Of a stretch of 64,000 bases of DNA, positions 42,097-55,742 are shown piece after piece (positions within the stretch are counted from its first letter, which is position 1; each line of letters begins with the position of its first letter). The notes under the pieces were generated by a model. That model did no database searches. It was not told the DNA's origin and saw only the letters and a program-made list of their open reading frames with translations. This stretch comes from Octopus vulgaris (taxonomy: Eukaryota), in contig OX597837.1 in assembly GCA_951406725.2 (NCBI GenBank), forward strand, positions 28,830,001 to 28,894,000. Reading direction: 5' to 3'. The position numbers were made by a program, and so were the translations under genes.

Positions 42097-42431
42097 TGTG
42101 TGTGTTTGTGTGTCTGTGTTTGTTCCTCTAGCATTGCTTGACAACCGATGCTGGTGTGTTTACGTCCCCGTCACCTAGCGGTTCGGCAAAAGAGACCGAT
42201 AGAATAAGTACTGGGCTTACAAAGAATAAGTCCCGGGGTTGAGTTGCTCGACCAAAAGGCGGTGCTCCAGCATGGCCGCAGTCAAATGACTGAAACAAGT
42301 AAAAGAGTAAAAGAGAGTAAAGAGTTGATCATTTCTGGACCATTACCCGTGAATGCCTTTCTGGGATTTATTGGTTCCGAAATTAACAACAAATTTAGCC
42401 GGAAAAAAACAAACTGTTATGACGAATAGTA
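41395..42431 (+). pseudogene. Disrupted transporter first exon, variant E
   Basis: MAKSRNKGILHVKQDKET...FSVGCD, internal deletion and W-to-stop change, SINE insertion (41575-42322), resumes ELIISGPLPV...NNKFSRKK, then is cut off at ~42431. Confidence 0.85.
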
Positions 42432-42434
42432 TAA

Positions 42435-42949
42435 TGTAGGGGCACAGACAACATTCCTGCAGACGCCCTGTCTCGCCTCCCAGTGTGTTCTTTGTCGTCC
42501 CCTGCTTCGATTGGTCCGGTCGCAATGTCTTCAGACCAACCTGCCTTGGACTCTCTGGACGTGACTTCACAGTTTTTGCTGTCGCAAATTCGAGCACCTG
42601 CTTCTTCCATCATCTAAAGGGACCATTCTTCGTGATGTCTCCACCGTGTCACCCCGACCCCCTGGTCTCTGAGCATTATCGTTGTCCTGTTTTCGAAGCC
42701 TTGCACTTGCTATCCACACTCTTTACTCTCTTTTACTCTTTTACTTGTTTCAGTCATTTGACTGCGGCCATGCTGGAGCACCGCCTTTTTTTAATCGAGC
42801 AAATCAACCCCGGGACTTATTCTTTGTAAGCCCAGTACTTATTCTATCGGTCTCTTTTGCCGAACCGCTAAGTTACGGGGACGTAAACACACCAGCATCG
42901 GTTGTCAAACAATGCTAGAGGAACAAACACAGACACACAAACACACACA

Positions 42950-43005
<56 letters not shown>

Positions 43006-44607
43006 TACGACGGGCTTCTTTCAGTTTCCGTCTACCAAATCCACTCACAAGGCTTTGGTCGGCCCGAGGCTATAGTAGAAGACACTTGCCCAAGGTGTCA
43101 GTCACGCAGTGGGACTAAACCCGGAACCATGTGGTTGGTAAACAAGCTACTTACCACACAGCCACTCCTGTGCCTAGGCATTGCGGCCACGGTTAAGCTT
43201 ATTTCGGCCCCTTTTTTTGGCCGAATATGCGACGTTCTATTACTGTTTGGTCACGTGCCTGTCTGCGTTGTCATCGTGCAGAAATACACAGACATGTACG
43301 AGCTCCTTTGGGAGCACTTCCAGCCGCCCGATTCCATGTTCCAGCATATTCATATCGATATTGTTGGTCCGTGGAGGCGCAATGGCCCAGTGGTTAGGGC
43401 AGCGGACTCGCGGTCGTAGGATCGCGGTTTCGATTCCCTGACCGGGCGTTGTGAGTGTTTATTGAGCGAAAACACCTAAAGCTCCACGAGGCTCCGGCAG
43501 GGGATGGTGGTGATCCCTGCTGTACTCTTTCACCACAACTTTCTCTCACTCTTACTTCCTGTTTCTGTTGTACCTGTATTTCAAAGGGCCGGCCTTGTCA
43601 CTCTCTGTGTCACGCTGAATATCCCCGAGAACTACGTTAAGGGTACACGTATCTGTGGAGTGCTCAGCCACTTACACGTTAATTTCACGAGCAGGCTGTT
43701 CCGTTGATCGGATCAACCGGAACCCTCGTCGTCGTAACCGACGGAGTGCTTCCACATTGTTGGTCCATGGCCTATCAGTTACGGGTTCACGTATATCCTG
43801 ACCTGCATTGACAGATTCTCCAGATGGCCTGAAGCCATTCCTCTAGCCGACATTTCTGTAGTCTCTGTTGCCAGAGCACTCATATCAGGTTGGATCTCTC
43901 GTTTTGGAGTACCCTCCAAGATCACGACTGATCGTGGTCGCCAGTTTGAAGCTAGTCTATTTCGTGAACTGTCACAATTACTCGGAATACAGCATATTCA
44001 CACCACAAGCTACCACCCCGCTGCGAACGGAATGGTAGAGCGTTTTCATAGGCTGCTAAAAGCCGCGATTCGTGCTGCTCCTGAACTCCACCGTTGGTCT
44101 GAGTTCCTTCCTATTGTTCTACTGGGCTGCCGTTCAGCCATCAAAGTAGATTCGGGATACTCTTCTGCTGAACTCTTATATGGTACCACTTTGGCACTAC
44201 CTGGCCAAATGTTAGCACCCGTTGATGTACAGAAAGCCGATCCAACTTCGTATATCACTCAACTTAGATCTTTCTTTGCGGACCTACCTCTAATGTTGCC
44301 TAGACAACAGTCTATACCTTCTGCGATTTCTTCTGACATATCCACATGGACGCATGAGTTTATTCGTAACGATTCCGTTAAGGGTCCATTGATGCCACCT
44401 TATTCTGGTCCTTACCGTGTAATTTAAGTGCACAGAGAAACTTTTTACTGTGAACATAAACGGAAAAGATATTGCTAACCAACCACATGGTTCCGGGTTC
44501 AGTCCCACTGCGTGGCATCTTGGGCAAGTGTCTTCTGCTATAGCCCCGGGCCGACCAATGCCTTGTGGGTGGATTTGGTAGACGGAAACTGAAAGAAGCC
44601 CGTCGTA

Positions 44608-44684
<77 letters not shown>

Positions 44685-45000
44685 CCTTAGCATTGCTTGA
44701 CAACCGATGCTGGTGTGTTTATGTCCCCGTCACTTAGCGGTTCGGCAAAAGAGACCGATGGAATAAGTACTAGGCTTACAAAGAATAAGTCCCAGGGTCG
44801 ATTTGCCCGACTAAAGGCGGTGCTCCAGCATGGCCGCAGTCAAATGACTGAAACAAGTAAAAGAGTAAAAAAAAAAAGAGTAACTGTCTCAGTCGACAGA
44901 ACCGAAACGGACACACCTATCTTTCCACAGACACTTTCATGCCCACCACAGCAACAAGCACCTACACCCAACAAAACAAATGAATTGCAAAAACACTCCA
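42435..45000 (+). mobile_element. Gypsy LTR-retrotransposon remnant (integrase) with nested SINEs
   Basis: [45 protein letters not shown]. SINEs at 42721-43174, 43372-43756 (TSD attgttggtcc) and 44476-44880. Possible LTR start TGTAGGGG at 42435. Confidence 0.88.
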
Positions 45001-45356
45001 CACCAACCTCAACATGTTCGGGCATTGACCGAAAAACCTGTCACAAACAATTTTTATGGCGTTTTGTCTCAAGCAAACTGTTACGGTGATGTTTTTGCGG
45101 TTTTAATAAATAAGCTCTATACTTCTTCCCTGTTACGGTCACATATTGAGATTCTAAAATTACGTCAAAATTACTTCAAAATTTGGTATATTGAAATAAT
45201 TTTCCACGTTAAATCCGATTTTGCTATTTGTTTGTTCCTAACATCCAGTTGAATTATAGGCGAATTGGATTTCAATAAAAAATAGTATAAACAAGAAGCA
45301 GGTGTATTAGTTTGACGCTCAGGAAAGTGAGAAAGTCTTTTCCGTTATATATACGT

Positions 45357-45515
<159 letters not shown>

Positions 45516-45550
45516 GAAAGAATGGAGTCGAACGAAAATGTTAACAAAAT

Positions 45551-45646
45551 TCCTTTACTCTCGACACATGTTTCGAAGACAGCATATTTTCATTCCGAAG
45601 AAATAAAGGGTGCATTATGCAATCTTCTCATCAGGAAAGAAAAGGA
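45551..45646 (-). ncRNA. Type I hammerhead ribozyme, canonical core
   Basis: Minus strand reads TCCTTTTCTTTC-CTGATGA-GAAGA...TCTTC-GAAA-CATGTGTC-GAGAGTAAAGGA, with stems I, II and III and a GUC triplet. Confidence 0.75.
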
Positions 45647-46000
45647 GCCTCTCTCAACAACAAGACGAACAAAAATTTCGATGATTGCCTACATTTTCCA
45701 TGCTGACGATAAACATAGGATAATTCATTCACCGAGGCACCCGTGGGTAGCGTAAATATCTATTTTCAGACATAGCTTTTAGCCACGAAAAATATCAGCC
45801 TTAGCTTTTTTGATGGCGTCTAACAAAAAAAAATAAGATAAAGAAAAGTGGAAGAAGGAGGCAGAGAGTTTCACGGGAAAGACAAAGTGAGAGACAGAGG
45901 GAGTAAGTTATGACGTTCATAAAAAAGAAAATGTATAATGTTTTGTTTTTTTTGTTTTTGAAAGACACTATATTTTATAATCATAGTATATATACTATGA

Positions 46001-47699
46001 TTACGGGGACGTAAACACACCAGCATCGGTTGTCAAACAATGCTAGAGGAACAAACAGAGACACACAAACACACACACACATATATATATATACATATAT
46101 ACGACGGGCTTCTTTCAGTTTCCGTCTACCAAATCCACTCACAAGGCTTTGGTCGGCCCGAGGCTATAGTAGAAGACACTTGCCCAAGGTGTCAGTCACG
46201 CAGTGGGACTGAACCCGGAACCATGTGGTTGGTAAACAAGCTACTTACCACACAGCCACTCCTTCGCCTAGGCATTGCGGCCACGGTTAAGCTTATTTCG
46301 GCCCCTTTTTTGGCCGAATATGCGACGTTCTATTACTGTTTGGTCACGTGCCTGTCTGCGTTGTCATCGTGCAGAAATACACAGACATGTACGAGCTCCT
46401 TTGGGAGCACTTCCAGCCGCCCGATTCCATGTTCCAGCATATTCATATCGATATTGTTGGTCCGTAGAGGCGCAATGGCCCAGTGGTTAGGGCAGCGGAC
46501 TCGCGGTCGTAGGATCGCGGTTTCGATTCCCTGACCGTGCGTTGTGAGTGTTTATTGAGCAAAAACACCTAAAGCTCCACGAGGCTCCGGCAGGGAATGG
46601 TGGTGATCCCTGCTGTACTCTTTCACCACAACTTTCTCTCACTCTTACTTCCTGTTTCTGTTGTACCTGTATTTCAAAGGGCCGGCCTTGTCACTCTCTG
46701 TGTCACGCTGAATATCCCCGAGAACTACGTTAAGAGTACACGTATCTGTGGAGTGCTCAGCCACTTACACGTTAATTTCACGAGCAGGCTGTTCCGTTGA
46801 TCGGATCAACCGGAACCCTTGTCGTCGTAACCGACGAAGTGCTTCCACATTGTTGGTCCATGGCCTATCAGTTACGGGTTCACGTATATCCTGACCTGCA
46901 TTGACAGATTCTCCAGATGGCCTGAAGCCATTCCTCTAGCCGACATTTCTGTAGTCTCTGTTGCCAGAGCACTCATATCAGGTTGGATCTCTCGTTTTGG
47001 AGTACCCTCCAAGATCACGACTGATCGTGGTCGCCAGTTTGAAGCTAGTCTATTTCGTGAACTGTCACAATTACTCGGAATACAGCATATTCACACCACA
47101 AGCTACCACCCCGCTGCGAACGGAATGGTAGAGCGTTTTCATAGGCTGCTAAAAGCCGCGATTCGTGCTGCTCCTGAACTCCACCGTTGGTCTGAGTTCC
47201 TTCCTATTGTTCTACTGGGCTGCGTTCAGCCATCAAAGTAGATTCGGGATACTCTTCTGCTGAACTCTTATATGGTACCACTTTGGCACTACCTGGCCAA
47301 ATGTTAGCACCCGTTGATGTACAGAAAGCCGATCCAACTTCGTATATCACTCAACTTAGATCTTTCTTTGCGGACCTACCTCTAATGTTGCCTAGACAAC
47401 AGTCTATACCTTCTGCGATTTCTTCTGACATATCCACATGGACGCATGAGTTTATTCGTAACGATTCCGTTAAGGGTCTATTGATGCCACCTTATTCTGG
47501 TCCTTACCGTGTAATTTAAGTGCACAGAGAAACTTTTTACTGTGAACATAAACGGAAAAGATATTGCTAACCAACCACATGGTTCCGTGTTCAGTCCCAC
47601 TGCGTGGCATCTTGGGCAAGTGTCTTCTGCTATAGCCCCGGGCCGACCAATGCCTTGTGAGTGGATTTGGTAGACGGAAACTGAAAGAAGCCCGTCGTA

Positions 47700-47774
<75 letters not shown>

Positions 47775-48440
47775 CCTTAGCATTGCTTGACAACCGATGC
47801 TGGTGTGTTTATGTCCCCGTCACTTAGCGGTTCGGCAAAAGAGACCGATGGAATAAGTACTAGGCTTACAAAGAATAAGTCCCAGGGTCGATTTGCCCGA
47901 CTAAAGGCGGTGCTCCAGCATGGCCGCAGTCAAATGACTGAAACAAGTAAAAGAGTAAAAAAAAAAAGAGTAACTGTCTCAGTCGACAGAACCGAAACGG
48001 ACACACCTATCTTTCCACAGACACTTTCATGCCCACCACAGCAACAAGCACCTACACCCAACAAAACAAATGAATTGCAAAAACACTCCACACCAACCTC
48101 AACATGTTCGGGCATTGACCGAAAAACCTGTCACAAACAATTTTTATGGCGTTTTGCCTCAAGCAAACTGTTACGGTGATGTTTTTGCGGTTTTAATAAA
48201 TAAGCTCTATACTTCTCTATACTTCTTCCCTGTTACGGTCACATATTGAGATTCTAAAATTACGTCAAAATTACGTCAAAATTTGGTATATTGAAATAAT
48301 TTTCCACGTTAAATCCGATTTTGCTATTTGTTTGTTCCTAACATCCAGTTGAATTATAGGCGAATTGGATTTCAATAAAAAATAGTATAAACAAGAAGCA
48401 GGTGTATTAGTTTGACGCTCAGGAAAGTGAGAAAGTCTTT
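46001..48440 (+). repeat. Segmental duplicate of 42873-45340 (Gypsy integrase plus nested SINEs)
   Basis: Near-identical sequence with the same SINE junctions; 1-bp deletion near 47223. Confidence 0.95.
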
Positions 48441-48606
48441 AGTGAACATCGTGCGAGTGTTAATCTACAAATTTAACAACATTTTCCCCATTCATTTCTG
48501 TTTATGAACATGCATGCAAAAACATGCAATAGGTGTACGTACGTACGTATGTGTATGTGTGTTCGTGTCTGTTGCCCATATATATTTATATTATATTATA
48601 TATATA

Positions 48607-48874
48607 TCTTTATATATAAAAGTGAAGTTGTTTGTCTGTCTCCTACGATTTAGATTCCTAACTACTCCCACATTTTGCGGTGCAGTTTAACCAAAAGCGG
48701 GTATCTTATAGTCGAGATTCATATCGAGTCCTTCTGGGTATTAGCGCGCGTCTACGATGAGTCTACGATTTAAAAAAAAATTTACCATTATTTTTTCCCA
48801 TTTTTAATGCATTTTTTGCTATTATATAAGTTATTTCCCTTACAAACCCGAGCAACGCCGGGCGATACTGCTAG
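48607..48874 (+). mobile_element. Non-autonomous Helitron-like element
   Basis: A|TC...cccgagcaacgccggg...CTAG|T. Confidence 0.85.
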
Positions 48875-48970
48875 TATAATATATATATATGCACTTCTAT
48901 GACTGAAACAAGTAAAAGATAAAGGTGAATTTAATTTTAGCGTTAATTTAGTTTTTTCTCTTATCATTTA

Positions 48971-49350
48971 CTAGCAGTATCACCCGGCGTTGCTCGGGTG
49001 TTTCGATCCTTTAGAATTGGAATTTTTGAAAAGTAAACAAATTTGCATTATGTGGCTTGTTATTCTCTTTAAGTGAACATTTTTCTGGTTGAAATACACC
49101 GAAAAATGGCGACACGGCAGTCAAAAAATCGTGAAAAATAGGGATTTTCATAGTAAAATAGCACCTTTTTGATGTAAATAATTTTTGGTCTTAACATGGT
49201 CCGATTTGAATTTTCTCCTCTACGGAATGAAGAGCAAGCCTTCTTCTATCATACTCTCGATTTTGGTCAACTTGCGCCACAGGGCTTCGGAGGAGATAAT
49301 GTTAGTTGAAGGCTGCCAAACCTGCCACACACAGACAACTTCAACTTTGT
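48971..49350 (-). mobile_element. Helitron-like element with a different internal sequence, opposite strand
   Basis: A|CTAGcagtatcacccggcgttgctcggg is the reverse complement of the family 3' end; 5'-like acacagacaacttc near 49335. Confidence 0.7.
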
Positions 49351-49965
49351 GGACCGTTACAATTTCTAAATCTATTAATGTTGCTTGAATGCAGATCAGC
49401 GCTTCCATCTTTTTATCTATGATAAGAACTACATTTTTCTATGCGTTTTTCCTTTGCTTAAGATGATAGACAGTGATTTCAGTGAAGCTCAACTATTGTT
49501 TCTAGCAGATACAGTCACTACGTAGATGTTCTCCGCTTCACTCGTTAGAAATCTGGTTTTTTCTCGGGACATTTGTGAAGGCGAGCGGCTTAGGTGGAAT
49601 TATATAGCATGTTATTCAGCTAGAACGTAAAAGAAACATACGTTCACACCGTGGATGTGATTTGAATGAAGACTGTAGGTGTGATTTGAACGAGATTAAA
49701 ACCTGCAGCTATGATTTCAATTAAATTAAAAACTGTAAGTGTAGTTTGAATGAGATTAACGACTTTAAGCATCATTAAATGAGATTAACCCTTTAGTGTT
49801 CAGATTACTGTTAAATGTAATACTTTTTCGCTCAAATTGTTTTGAATTAATCAAGCATTGTCTAATAGATTTGAGGTTTCAATGATGTGATTGTTTATTT
49901 TAGAATGTCAATGTAGGTTAGGTGTGAGAGGCTAGATATCGCCAGTTTGAATATAAAACATATAA

Positions 49966-50336
49966 AAACGACGACGCCGTGGTGATCTCATTCTTGCTCA
50001 CAACACCATAAGCGGAAAGTGTAACCTCTCGAAAGAGCTGTTCTTCACTCCTGCTCCAGAGCGTGGGCTGCGGGGTCACTCCGAAAAGCTCTATCTGCGA
50101 CGATTTCATCTCAATCGAAGGAGAGGGGCTTTCTCCGTCCGGGTTGCGGATCCGTGGAATAAGCTGCCGGACGAGATAGTGAAGATGCCGACGACCGCTC
50201 GGTTCAAAGTCTCCCTTGACCACAAATGGCCTGAACTCTTTACATGAACACCACCCTGCACTTAACTCCATGTCCCCCTACATGGCCTTGCTTTTTGCTT
50301 TTTGAGCCAAAAAATTAACTAACTAATTAACTAACA
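49966..50336 (+). mobile_element. CR1-type LINE 3' end
   Basis: RRRRGDLILAH...LRGHSEKL...WNKLP followed by a (CTAA)n tail. Confidence 0.82.
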
Positions 50337-50851
50337 TGTAGAATATCTGGGCCAGATATGGCCGGTTTAAACACTAAAGAGTTAAAGACTGAAGATGGGA
50401 TTCGAGTGAGAAGCTGTAGATGTGATCTGAAAAAAGATTGTAGGTATGACAAAGAGATAATGAAATTTTTGGAACGATATGCATGAACGGTAAATGCACT
50501 TTATTGTTGCTCCCGTATCACGCTACAGGCAACGTGATGTCTCGTACAAAAGTCAGTTTTATTTCAAAGCAACTCCAGACAGAAAAGTGTATTATTACCT
50601 ACTGTAATTGAGATATATCATAAAGAAAATAATGCACTTCGTAAATCTATCTCAACAGCCACACTTGAAAAGACACGCTTAAAACGTATTGTTATGACCG
50701 TAATTTTGCAATTCATACTTGAACTTTTATAACTTCTTAAGTACTTTTGTTTCCTTAGTCTTTATTTTCAAATATAGTATCGAATTTGAGTTTAGTGTTC
50801 ATTACTACATTTTGTTTCCGAGCAGTAAACACGTTATAATCTCGATCGAAA

Positions 50852-51248
50852 ATGGCCGAAAGTCGAAACAAAGACGTACTTAATCTCAAGCATGAAAAGG
50901 AAACGCCTGAGGAGAGGAAACCGTCGTTAAGACTCTATTTGCTGACAATCATAGCAGTAATGTCGATTTCCTCAATAGGATATGATCTTGGTGCGACGTC
51001 AGGCGTCGTGCTTCACATCAAAAAAACAATGCAACTTTCGTCGATGAGACAGCAGTTGATAATTGCTGGACCATTACCCGTGGCTTCCATTGTGAGCTTA
51101 ATTGCTTCCGATATTAGCAACAAAATTGGCCGAAAAAAAACAGTTATGGCGAGTAGTATTTCCTATTTACTTGGAGCTATTATTTCAGCAAGTGCCGTCA
51201 ACCAATATATGCTGTTGTTCGGACGAAGTCTGGTTGGTTTTGGATTCG
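50852..51248 (+). CDS. SLC2A13/HMIT-like first coding exon, variant F
   Basis: GYDLGATSGV, NKIGRKK, GRSLVGFGFG; donor G|GTAAG at 51249; 397 nt, phase 1. Confidence 0.88.
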
Positions 51249-51411
51249 GTAAGAGGAAACAATATTTTTATTCTTGATCGTAATTTGCCATCAGATTCTC
51301 CCTCCAATATTTGTTTTTCTAGAACTTTCTGTATGTGTTTGATTATTTTATTGTGAAACACGGCCAGAATTTTGCGCACGAAATATGTGCACGGATTCAC
51401 AAAATCATGCA

Positions 51412-51629
51412 TACTCTTTTACTCTTTTACTTGTTTCAGTCATTTGACTGCGGCCATGCTGGAGCACCGCCTTTAGTCGAGCAAATCGACCCCGGGACTT
51501 ATTCTTTGTAAGCCCAGTACTTATTCTATCGGTCTCTTTTTGCCGAACCGCTAAGTGACGGGGACGTAAACACACCAGCATCGGTTGTCAAGCAATGCTA
51601 GGGGGACAAAAACAGACACACAAACACAT

Positions 51630-51662
<33 letters not shown>

Positions 51663-51821
51663 CATATATACGACAGGCTTCTTTCAGTTTCCGTCTACCA
51701 AATCCACTCAAAAAGCATTGGTCGGCCCGAGGCTATAGCAGAAGACACTTGCCCAAGATGCCACGCAGTGGGACTGAACCCGGAACCATGTAAGCAAGCT
51801 ACTTACCATACAGCCACTCCT
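51412..51821 (-). mobile_element. tRNA-derived SINE (gtaaaaga-tail family)
   Basis: Family match. Confidence 0.88.
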
Positions 51822-52074
51822 CAAAACATCACTCTTTTTTTTATTACTATTTTAAAGTGTACCAATCAAGGTTGAAGTGTTAGTAAAGGTAGCAATTTCT
51901 GGGTTCTTGTGCAAAAAAAAAAGTGTGTGTTATATGATATAAATCATTAAATTTTATAATTACACATATATTGATTTTAAAATGATCGATTCAGATTTAA
52001 CGACGAATTTGCACAACAAATTCTGTTTCTAAGGACAAGATTTTAGATTTTGTTGGCGGAAACTGAAAGCAGCC

Positions 52075-53085
52075 GTATGTATGTATGTATGAATGTATGT
52101 ATGTATGTATGTATGAATGTATGTATGTATGTATGTATGTATGTATGTATGTATGTATGTATGTATGTATGCATGCATGCATGTATGTATGTATGTATGT
52201 ATGTATGTATGTATGTATGTATGTATGTATGTATGTATGTATGTATGTATGTATGTATGCATGTATGTATGCATGCATGTGTGTATGTATGTGTGTATGT
52301 ATGTATGTATGCATGTATGAATGTGGGTGTGTATGTATGCATGTGTGTATGTATGTATTATGTATGTGGGTATGTGTGTGTGTATGCATGTGTGTATGCG
52401 TGCATGTGTGTATGTGTAATTGCGTGTGTGTGTCTGTGTGTATGTATGCGTGCATGTGTGTATGTATGTATGTGTGCATGTGCGTATATATGTATGTATG
52501 AATGTTTGTGTGTATGTCTGTATGTATGCATGTATGTATGTATGCGTGCATATGTGTATGTATGTATGTATGTATGTATGCGTGTATGTGTGTACGTATG
52601 TATGTATGTATGTATGTATGTATGCGTGTATGAATGTATGTATGTATGTATGTATGTATGTATGTATGTATGTATGTATGTATGTATGTATGTATGTATG
52701 TATGCATGTGGGTGTGTATGTATGTATGTATGTATGTATGTATGTGGGTTTGTATGTATTTATGTATGTATGTATGTATGTATGTATGTATGCATGTATG
52801 TATGTATGTATGTATGTATGCATGTGGGTGTGTATGTATGTATGTATGTATGTATGTATGTATGTGGGTTTGTATGTATTTATGTATGTATGTATGTATG
52901 TATGTATCTATGTATGTGGGTGTGTATGAATGTATGTATGTATGTATGTATGTATGCATGCATGTATGTATGTATGTATGCATGCAAGTATGTATGTATG
53001 AATGTATGTATGTATGTGGGTGTGTATGTATGTATGTATGTATGTATGTATGTATGTATGTATGTATGTATGTATGTATGTATTT
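52075..53085. repeat. ~1-kb degenerate (TATG)n microsatellite
   Basis: Directly visible in the sequence. Confidence 0.97.
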
Positions 53086-53405
53086 ATGCATTCTCTTTCT
53101 CCTAATTTTGAGTAAATTTTGGGCCGACCACGGATTTGGTAGCAAGGCAGTGAAGCGAAGTATTTTGATTTAACCGTCATCTTTTAAATTTTTAATAAGG
53201 TCTTGCAGATTTTTATTGTCCCCGATATCGTGGTCATTTGTAGCTTATGAATTAAGGGTTTGCAATGTCTCCTCAAGATTCCAAGTTCGGCCATTCTTTG
53301 GCTCCAGACAGGCTGGAATGTATCCTGTTCCTCTAACAATAATGGGTATGAAGCTGAAAGTGCATTTTGGGTTCTGGATTTGAAAGCTCCTTATCAATTG
53401 TCCAT

Positions 53406-53803
53406 AGGCGCAGGAGTGGCTGTGTGGTAAGTAGCTTGTTTACCAACCACATGATTCCGGGTTCAGTCCCACTGCGTGGCACCTTGGGCAAGTGTCTTCT
53501 ACTATAGCCTCGGGCCGACCAAAGCCTTGTGAGTGGATTTGGTAGACGGAAACTGAAAGAAGACCGTCGTATATATGTATGTATATGTATGTGCGTGTAT
53601 GTTTGTGTGTCTGTGTTTGTCCCTCTAGCATTGCTTGACAACCGATGCTGGTGTGTTTATGTCCCCCGTCACTTAGCGGTTTGGCAAAAGAGATCGATAG
53701 AATAAGTACTGGGCTTACAAAGAATAAGTCCCGGGGTCGATTTGCTCGACTAAAGGCGGTGCTCCAGCATGGCCGCAGTCAAAATGACTGAAACAAGTAA
53801 AAG
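53406..53803 (+). mobile_element. Full-length tRNA-derived SINE (ggcgcaggagtgg head)
   Basis: Family match. Confidence 0.9.
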
Positions 53804-54472
53804 AGAGAAAAAGAGAAAGAGAGAGAGAGAGAGAGATCCTTTTTCTCTGGTATTTTTCTAACCCCATTCGTCTCTAGAGGGGAACTGATCTCCAAAACTG
53901 ATCATATAATTTCTTTGTGGTCCTAGACAACAATACCTGGTCGGTTGTGTTTTAACATGGTGGCTGTTTTAATTTTCAAGTTCCATCACTATTCTTTTGT
54001 CCAATCGGTCTCAATATGGTCAACTTCGTTTGTATGTATTCTCTTTTTTCTTTTCTCTTTTTCTTGCTATCCTGTTACAGGTCGTTCTGCCCGCCGTATC
54101 ATACCTCACGGAAAGATAATATCTGGAATATATTCTCTCACAGTCGGCAATAACCATGTGGTTGGTTAGCAAGCTACTTTATCTCATCTAATTTGCCACA
54201 AGGGCATCACACAGATAGCAGCTTTGCGGGCTGGACATAGACATTAATGATATGAATGATGGTAATGCAAAAATGATGATGATGGGAGAAGACGAAAAGC
54301 GCCCGCCGACCTTCGCTTCTCTAAAACAATGTTCCTTTTTCTTTATTTTCAAAAAATCGATATGAGGCTTCAAACCTCTTACACAAAAGAGGCACTAAAA
54401 CCTCTTACAAACTTCTTTCATTCATTTAATTTGCCACAAGGGCAGCACATAAATTCACAACAATTCTCCCTG

Positions 54473-55690
54473 TCAGGTGCCCGAAGCAAAGTGCCTTGCC
54501 GCCTGCAGACAACTCTGCGACGACGAGTCGAGGCCTGCAAAGAGTAAAGTAAATTCTTTCCTGTTAAAGGTCGCAGCGACCTCTGACAAAATATTTTCCG
54601 TTACTACCTCCGCAGCCACCTGCGGAGGCCATAACGGACTACTTGTGCAGACCGTGTCCATACGTTCTCGGTCATCCAAGTCGTTCAAAAAATTTTTCAC
54701 CTTCCCTCCCTTGTGGTAAAGGAGGATAAACCACTCCTCTTCACAGAAAGGGACAACACACTGATCCGTCAGTGGCGCACTTCCCACTGACGGAGCCTTA
54801 CCCGCAGGTGGCACACATCCCACCTGCGGCTCCGTCGGCGGCCTAGGAACGCTCGCCGCCCGTCCTCTGTTCCTCTTTTTCCTCTTTCTTTTTGAGACTG
54901 CGAGCCCAGGGGGCTCCGTCGCCGGACGCGAGGGGTCGCTATCCTCCTCCTCCGTCTGTACGTTCTTTGGTGAGCAACCATTGTTGCTCACCGTTCTTTT
55001 CCTTTTCGTGGAGGCAGCTTCCTCCACGACTTCCACCGTCTCCCCCTCCAATGAAGGGGCGGCGTGCACTTTCTCTTTTTCCTGCTCCAGGATCCTACTT
55101 TGGTCCCTGGGGCAGTTCTTCTTAATGTGGCCGGTCTCCAGGCACAGGTGACACTTGGTTGGGGGGCGTCCCTCAAGCATCACCGGATACCTGAACCCGG
55201 CCATCCTCAAGAAATCTGGAAAAACCAGACTTTCGGTTGATTGGGTCCATAGGGTCAAAACAGCTTTCGACCCCTCCCAATCAGCCGCAGGCAACACTTT
55301 TACATTCAGCAGCTTGGCGCTGCTACCACCCAGACCCCGACAGATAGAGTCCTCTATCCACTCGGGCTCAACTCCGGGTGGCAGTCCGCAGATCCAAGCC
55401 TTCAATAGTTTCTTTCCACGGTAGCTTGGAAGAAACAATATTTCCTCACCCTTGAGGGGCTGACTTGCAAAATCGCAAGCTTCTTGGGGGGAGTCAAATA
55501 GCAACCGTACCGTTGCATATTTCACTCCCCTTGCAATAAATTTAATGGCTGGCATGTAGTCTGCCAGCTCGTTCAAAATTGTGGCCTTCGGAAAGACGGC
55601 TATGGTGTCGAGCGACTTCGAATAAGTCCTCAACACTACGGTCTTCCCTCCAGCTCTTTTAAATATTTTTTGGGAGGTATCAACTCCCAC
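54473..55690 (-). CDS. Gag-like ORF1 protein with zinc knuckle
   Basis: EGRPPTKCHLCLETGHIKKNC (CX2CX4HX4C) and a basic disordered tail; start codon uncertain. Confidence 0.8.
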   Translation of the reverse strand: MGVDTSQKIFKRAGGKTVVLRTYSKSLDTIAVFPKATILNELADYMPAIKFIARGVKYATVRLLFDSPQEACDFASQPLKGEEILFLPSYRGKKLLKAWICGLPPGVEPEWIEDSICRGLGGSSAKLLNVKVLPAADWEGSKAVLTLWTQSTESLVFPDFLRMAGFRYPVMLEGRPPTKCHLCLETGHIKKNCPRDQSRILEQEKEKVHAAPSLEGETVEVVEEAASTKRKRTVSNNGCSPKNVQTEEEDSDPSRPATEPPGLAVSKRKRKKRNRGRAASVPRPPTEPQVGCVPPAGKAPSVGSAPLTDQCVVPFCEEEWFILLYHKGGKVKNFLNDLDDRERMDTVCTSSPLWPPQVAAEVVTENILSEVAATFNRKEFTLLFAGLDSSSQSCLQAARHFASGT

Positions 55691-55742
55691 ACAAGAAATT
55701 CCTTTGCCATTTTAACACAAAGTTCAATTACAGTTCAAAATA

